Virus record (IMG/VR): IMGVR_UViG_3300029787_000046
Span: 1-57,813 of that record
Source: a virus
Taxonomy: Duplodnaviria; Caudoviricetes
DNA: 57,813 nucleotides
Direction: 5' to 3' (one strand)
Of this stretch, positions 55,487-57,813 are shown piece by piece. The translations under genes and the position numbers were made by a program. The notes beneath the pieces are model-generated. The model saw only the letters and a program-made list of their open reading frames with translations. It had not been told where the DNA came from and made no database searches. Numbering within the stretch: position 1 is the stretch's first letter; each line of letters begins with the position of its first letter.

Positions 55487-57357
55487 GGTTTCTCCGTGAA
55501 TGTTTGTTTTGCTTCCCCCCAATTTGGTCCAAACTCTGCGTCGACTACGGAGGGTACTTCTAGTTTGACGCAATCCTGCATTATCTCCGTAATCTTTTTA
55601 GCTTGGTCTTCACTTTCTACGGAGACATCTAGTTCATCGTGTACTTGAATCATGGGAAGTATACCTTCATCAGCTAAAGCAACCATCGCAGCTTTAGTTT
55701 GATCGGCAGCACTTCCTTGGATAAGTTTATTAAGAGCCTTATAAGTAAACGCTCGTTTGATTGCAGGACCATGTTCGGCATAAGCTTCTTGGTAAGTCAT
55801 TGGCTTCCAACTCCCATACTTGTTTGGTTCCCATTTATCAAACCTACAACGTCTGCCTAGAACGGTACGGATTACACCTTTTTGACTTGCTCTGTTTATA
55901 GCGTAATCACTTAACTCTCGTACGAAGGGTACTTTTTCATGATATTGAGCAAACAACTCTTTTGCATCTTCAAACTCTAAACCTAAACTTGCTGCCAACT
56001 TTTTAGACCCCATACCGTAGAACAACCCGAGGTTGATATCTTTAGCCTGTTTACGAGGGACGCCCACAATATCTGCTGCCATTTGGTGGAAGTCTGTTCG
56101 TGCATCTGCATTGTATTGTTCTGCAAAGTCAGAAGCCCCTCTGAAGCCCATGAGCTTGCTGTAATGCACAACTATGCGCGGTTCTTGGCTAGAGTAATCG
56201 AACGCACCCCATAATGTGTCTTGTTCAGGTATAAATAGGCTACGTATCATTGGACCAATTTCGCCATGCCTAGCAGGGATTTGTTGAAGATTAGGGTTAC
56301 TGTAACTAAATCTACCTGTGACAGTACCGCCATCGTCAGAACGCAGAGGGTGTAGCTCAGCATGGATACGCCCATTTATCTGGTGCTTTAATATTGTATC
56401 TACAAAAGTAGTTCTTGCTTTATTAAACTCTCTAGCTTGTACAATCATTTGTGGTATTTTGTGGGGATGGTTGGCTAAGAATCCTTTAGTAAAGCTTGGT
56501 GCTCCTGTTTTTTCTGTTTTACTATACTCTAAACCTAAAGCATCAAATGCTTTTGATACACTCTCAGCAGCCCACAACTCTACAGCAATACCTGATTGTT
56601 TTTTAATTTCGTCAAGTAATTTCTTTTCACGTTGCTCTAAATCAACTTTAATACGTTCGGCTTTTTCTAAATCTACACAGACGCCACGTTGTCGCATAGG
56701 TATTATCGTTTTCAATACTTTTAATTCTAGGTCAAAAATATCGCCAATATCTTCTTTTATGATTAGCCCTTTAAAATGTGTCCACAAACGTAAAGTCAAC
56801 GCTGCATCTTGTTCTGCATAAGCTCCTACATAAGCAGCAGGGAGTTTAAACATCTCACTTTTAGCATTGATACCAAAAGCCTCTGCTGCTTCTCGTAGTT
56901 CTTTTTCTGATTTACGCTCTTGCAAATAATCTCTGCCAATAGCGTTTAAGGCATAGCTAAAACGATTTTCATCTAACAAAGGGGCAACAACCATTGTGTC
57001 TACTATTCTTCCTTGGATAGTTACACCTTCAGCAAGCAACCACCCAACATCATAAGGAGCGTTATGGAAAATATAATCACGATCTTTTGAACATACCTCT
57101 TGTAACCACCTGATTGTTGTTTTGGGGTCAAGATTAGAACCTAACTCGTGTCGTATAGGAAAGTACCATTGGTCGCCATCTACTGCTACAGCGATACCTA
57201 TAATATATCCATCTTTCCTAGCCCACCCTGAACCCATTGTTGTAAGGTTAGGATCTCTAGTTTCTAAATCTATAGCTACTTCTCTAGCATGGCTAAGATC
57301 TGGATAACCATCGGGCATAACCCACTCAGTCGGGGGTTGAAATAAAGGAAACTGCAT
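55441..57357 (-). CDS. polA: Family A DNA polymerase with 3'-5' exonuclease
   Basis: IDLET, HNAPYD, YAEQD exonuclease motifs; TGRFS.SNPNLQQIP, DYSSQEPR, KDINLGLFYGMG, IQGSAAD, VHDE. Confidence 0.95.
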   Translation of the reverse strand: MQFPLFQPPTEWVMPDGYPDLSHAREVAIDLETRDPNLTTMGSGWARKDGYIIGIAVAVDGDQWYFPIRHELGSNLDPKTTIRWLQEVCSKDRDYIFHNAPYDVGWLLAEGVTIQGRIVDTMVVAPLLDENRFSYALNAIGRDYLQERKSEKELREAAEAFGINAKSEMFKLPAAYVGAYAEQDAALTLRLWTHFKGLIIKEDIGDIFDLELKVLKTIIPMRQRGVCVDLEKAERIKVDLEQREKKLLDEIKKQSGIAVELWAAESVSKAFDALGLEYSKTEKTGAPSFTKGFLANHPHKIPQMIVQAREFNKARTTFVDTILKHQINGRIHAELHPLRSDDGGTVTGRFSYSNPNLQQIPARHGEIGPMIRSLFIPEQDTLWGAFDYSSQEPRIVVHYSKLMGFRGASDFAEQYNADARTDFHQMAADIVGVPRKQAKDINLGLFYGMGSKKLAASLGLEFEDAKELFAQYHEKVPFVRELSDYAINRASQKGVIRTVLGRRCRFDKWEPNKYGSWKPMTYQEAYAEHGPAIKRAFTYKALNKLIQGSAADQTKAAMVALADEGILPMIQVHDELDVSVESEDQAKKITEIMQDCVKLEVPSVVDAEFGPNWGEAKQTFTEKPWTRGLKDNHSEMKT

Positions 57358-57526
57358 TACTCTTCACTTTCATCGGTTGGTTGCATTTATGACATTTAGC
57401 CCACTTATTTTTCAAATTGCGAAAAGTAACCTCCTTTGTAGCCCCACACTCACAAACGGCGATTAGCACTTCATCTAGTTTTCCATTCGCATCTGTCTTC
57501 GAGGAAGAGGTCTGGCTCTTGGTCAT
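57326..57526 (-). CDS. Small Zn-finger protein
   Basis: CECG...CHKC; start uncertain. Confidence 0.55.
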   Translation of the reverse strand: MTKSQTSSSKTDANGKLDEVLIAVCECGATKEVTFRNLKNKWAKCHKCNQPMKVKSNAVSFISTPD

Positions 57527-57813
57527 TCGTTGTTTCCTTCCGAATAATTTCTGCTTCAACTAACATAAGATACCTGCGTAAATCTTGTATATCATCCAAG
57601 ATACCTTCAGCTCTAGTGTCTTTTTCAGCAGCAAGAAAGATGTCATAGTTGCTTTCATTCACTTGCTTTTCAAGCCTGTCCCACTTTCGGGCAAGCATCA
57701 TGAACGCACCTACGCCACCTCTTTGTTTCCAACTGTTTCCGTAACTCTGCTCTGCCTTGTGTAGTTTTGTAACATCTACTTGTGCTACTTTTTCTACGAT
57801 TGTAATCATTTCA
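57471..57813 (-). CDS. Nucleotide-modification-associated (Nmad1/DUF1599-like) all-alpha protein, 3' part
   Basis: K...YGNSW..RG..G....LARKWDRL...DDIQDLRRY. Confidence 0.65.
   Translation of the reverse strand, partial: EMITIVEKVAQVDVTKLHKAEQSYGNSWKQRGGVGAFMMLARKWDRLEKQVNESNYDIFLAAEKDTRAEGILDDIQDLRRYLMLVEAEIIRKETTNDQEPDLFLEDRCEWKTR
57670..57813. repeat. Terminal overlap with 1-144
   Basis: 143/144 identical. Confidence 0.95.

Noticed and set aside
1113-57307. Numerous plus-strand ORFs in the track (e.g. 41135-41725, 56318-56821, 34045-34476)
   Set aside because: Antisense shadows of well-supported minus-strand genes, with no recognisable motifs or RBS
54938-57357. Z-genome (2-aminoadenine) system suggested by HD plus PolA
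   Set aside because: No PurZ/adenylosuccinate synthetase homologue seen; the neighbouring genes point to hmdU
1-57813. Integrase, RNA polymerase, tRNA genes or stop-codon reassignment
   Set aside because: None recognised; conserved genes are full length under the standard code and end in TAA, TAG or TGA

Overview
This window looks like a complete, circularly permuted genome of a tailed dsDNA phage. Bases 1-144 repeat at 57670-57813 with one mismatch, giving a unit length of about 57,669 bp. It is probably a marine podovirus infecting an alphaproteobacterium; this is inferred from the gene families and an AGAAAGG-type ribosome-binding motif. Almost all genes are on the minus strand, and the SNF2 helicase is the only convincing plus-strand gene. 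Modules: (i) a DNA-modification/replication operon running across the sequence junction, encoding a 5-hmdU DNA kinase-family protein, a GT-B glycosyltransferase, a dUMP-hydroxymethylase-type thymidylate synthase homologue, an Nmad1/DUF1599-like protein, a family A DNA polymerase, an HD nucleotidase and a TagD-like cytidylyltransferase; (ii) DUF932, UvrD-like helicase, AEP primase, SSB-like and SNF2 genes; (iii) ejection proteins, tail, tail fibre with S74 chaperone, capsid, scaffold, GroES, lysis genes, portal and TerL; (iv) a promoter- and repeat-rich region between terL and terS holding two paralogous orphan genes and a micropeptide; (v) small early genes. I saw no integrase, RNA polymerase, tRNA or CRISPR array. 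The strongest candidate for a new system is a thymidine hypermodification pathway in which a glycosyltransferase (possibly with a CDP-polyol supply) replaces the usual amino acid:DNA transferase. Other notable signals are a five-copy GATAA-N8-TTRTC operator/promoter, a shared xxGG peptide motif in virion-region proteins, a pseudoknotted leader RNA and a duplicated origin-like element. All family calls come from motif recognition by eye, not from database searches.
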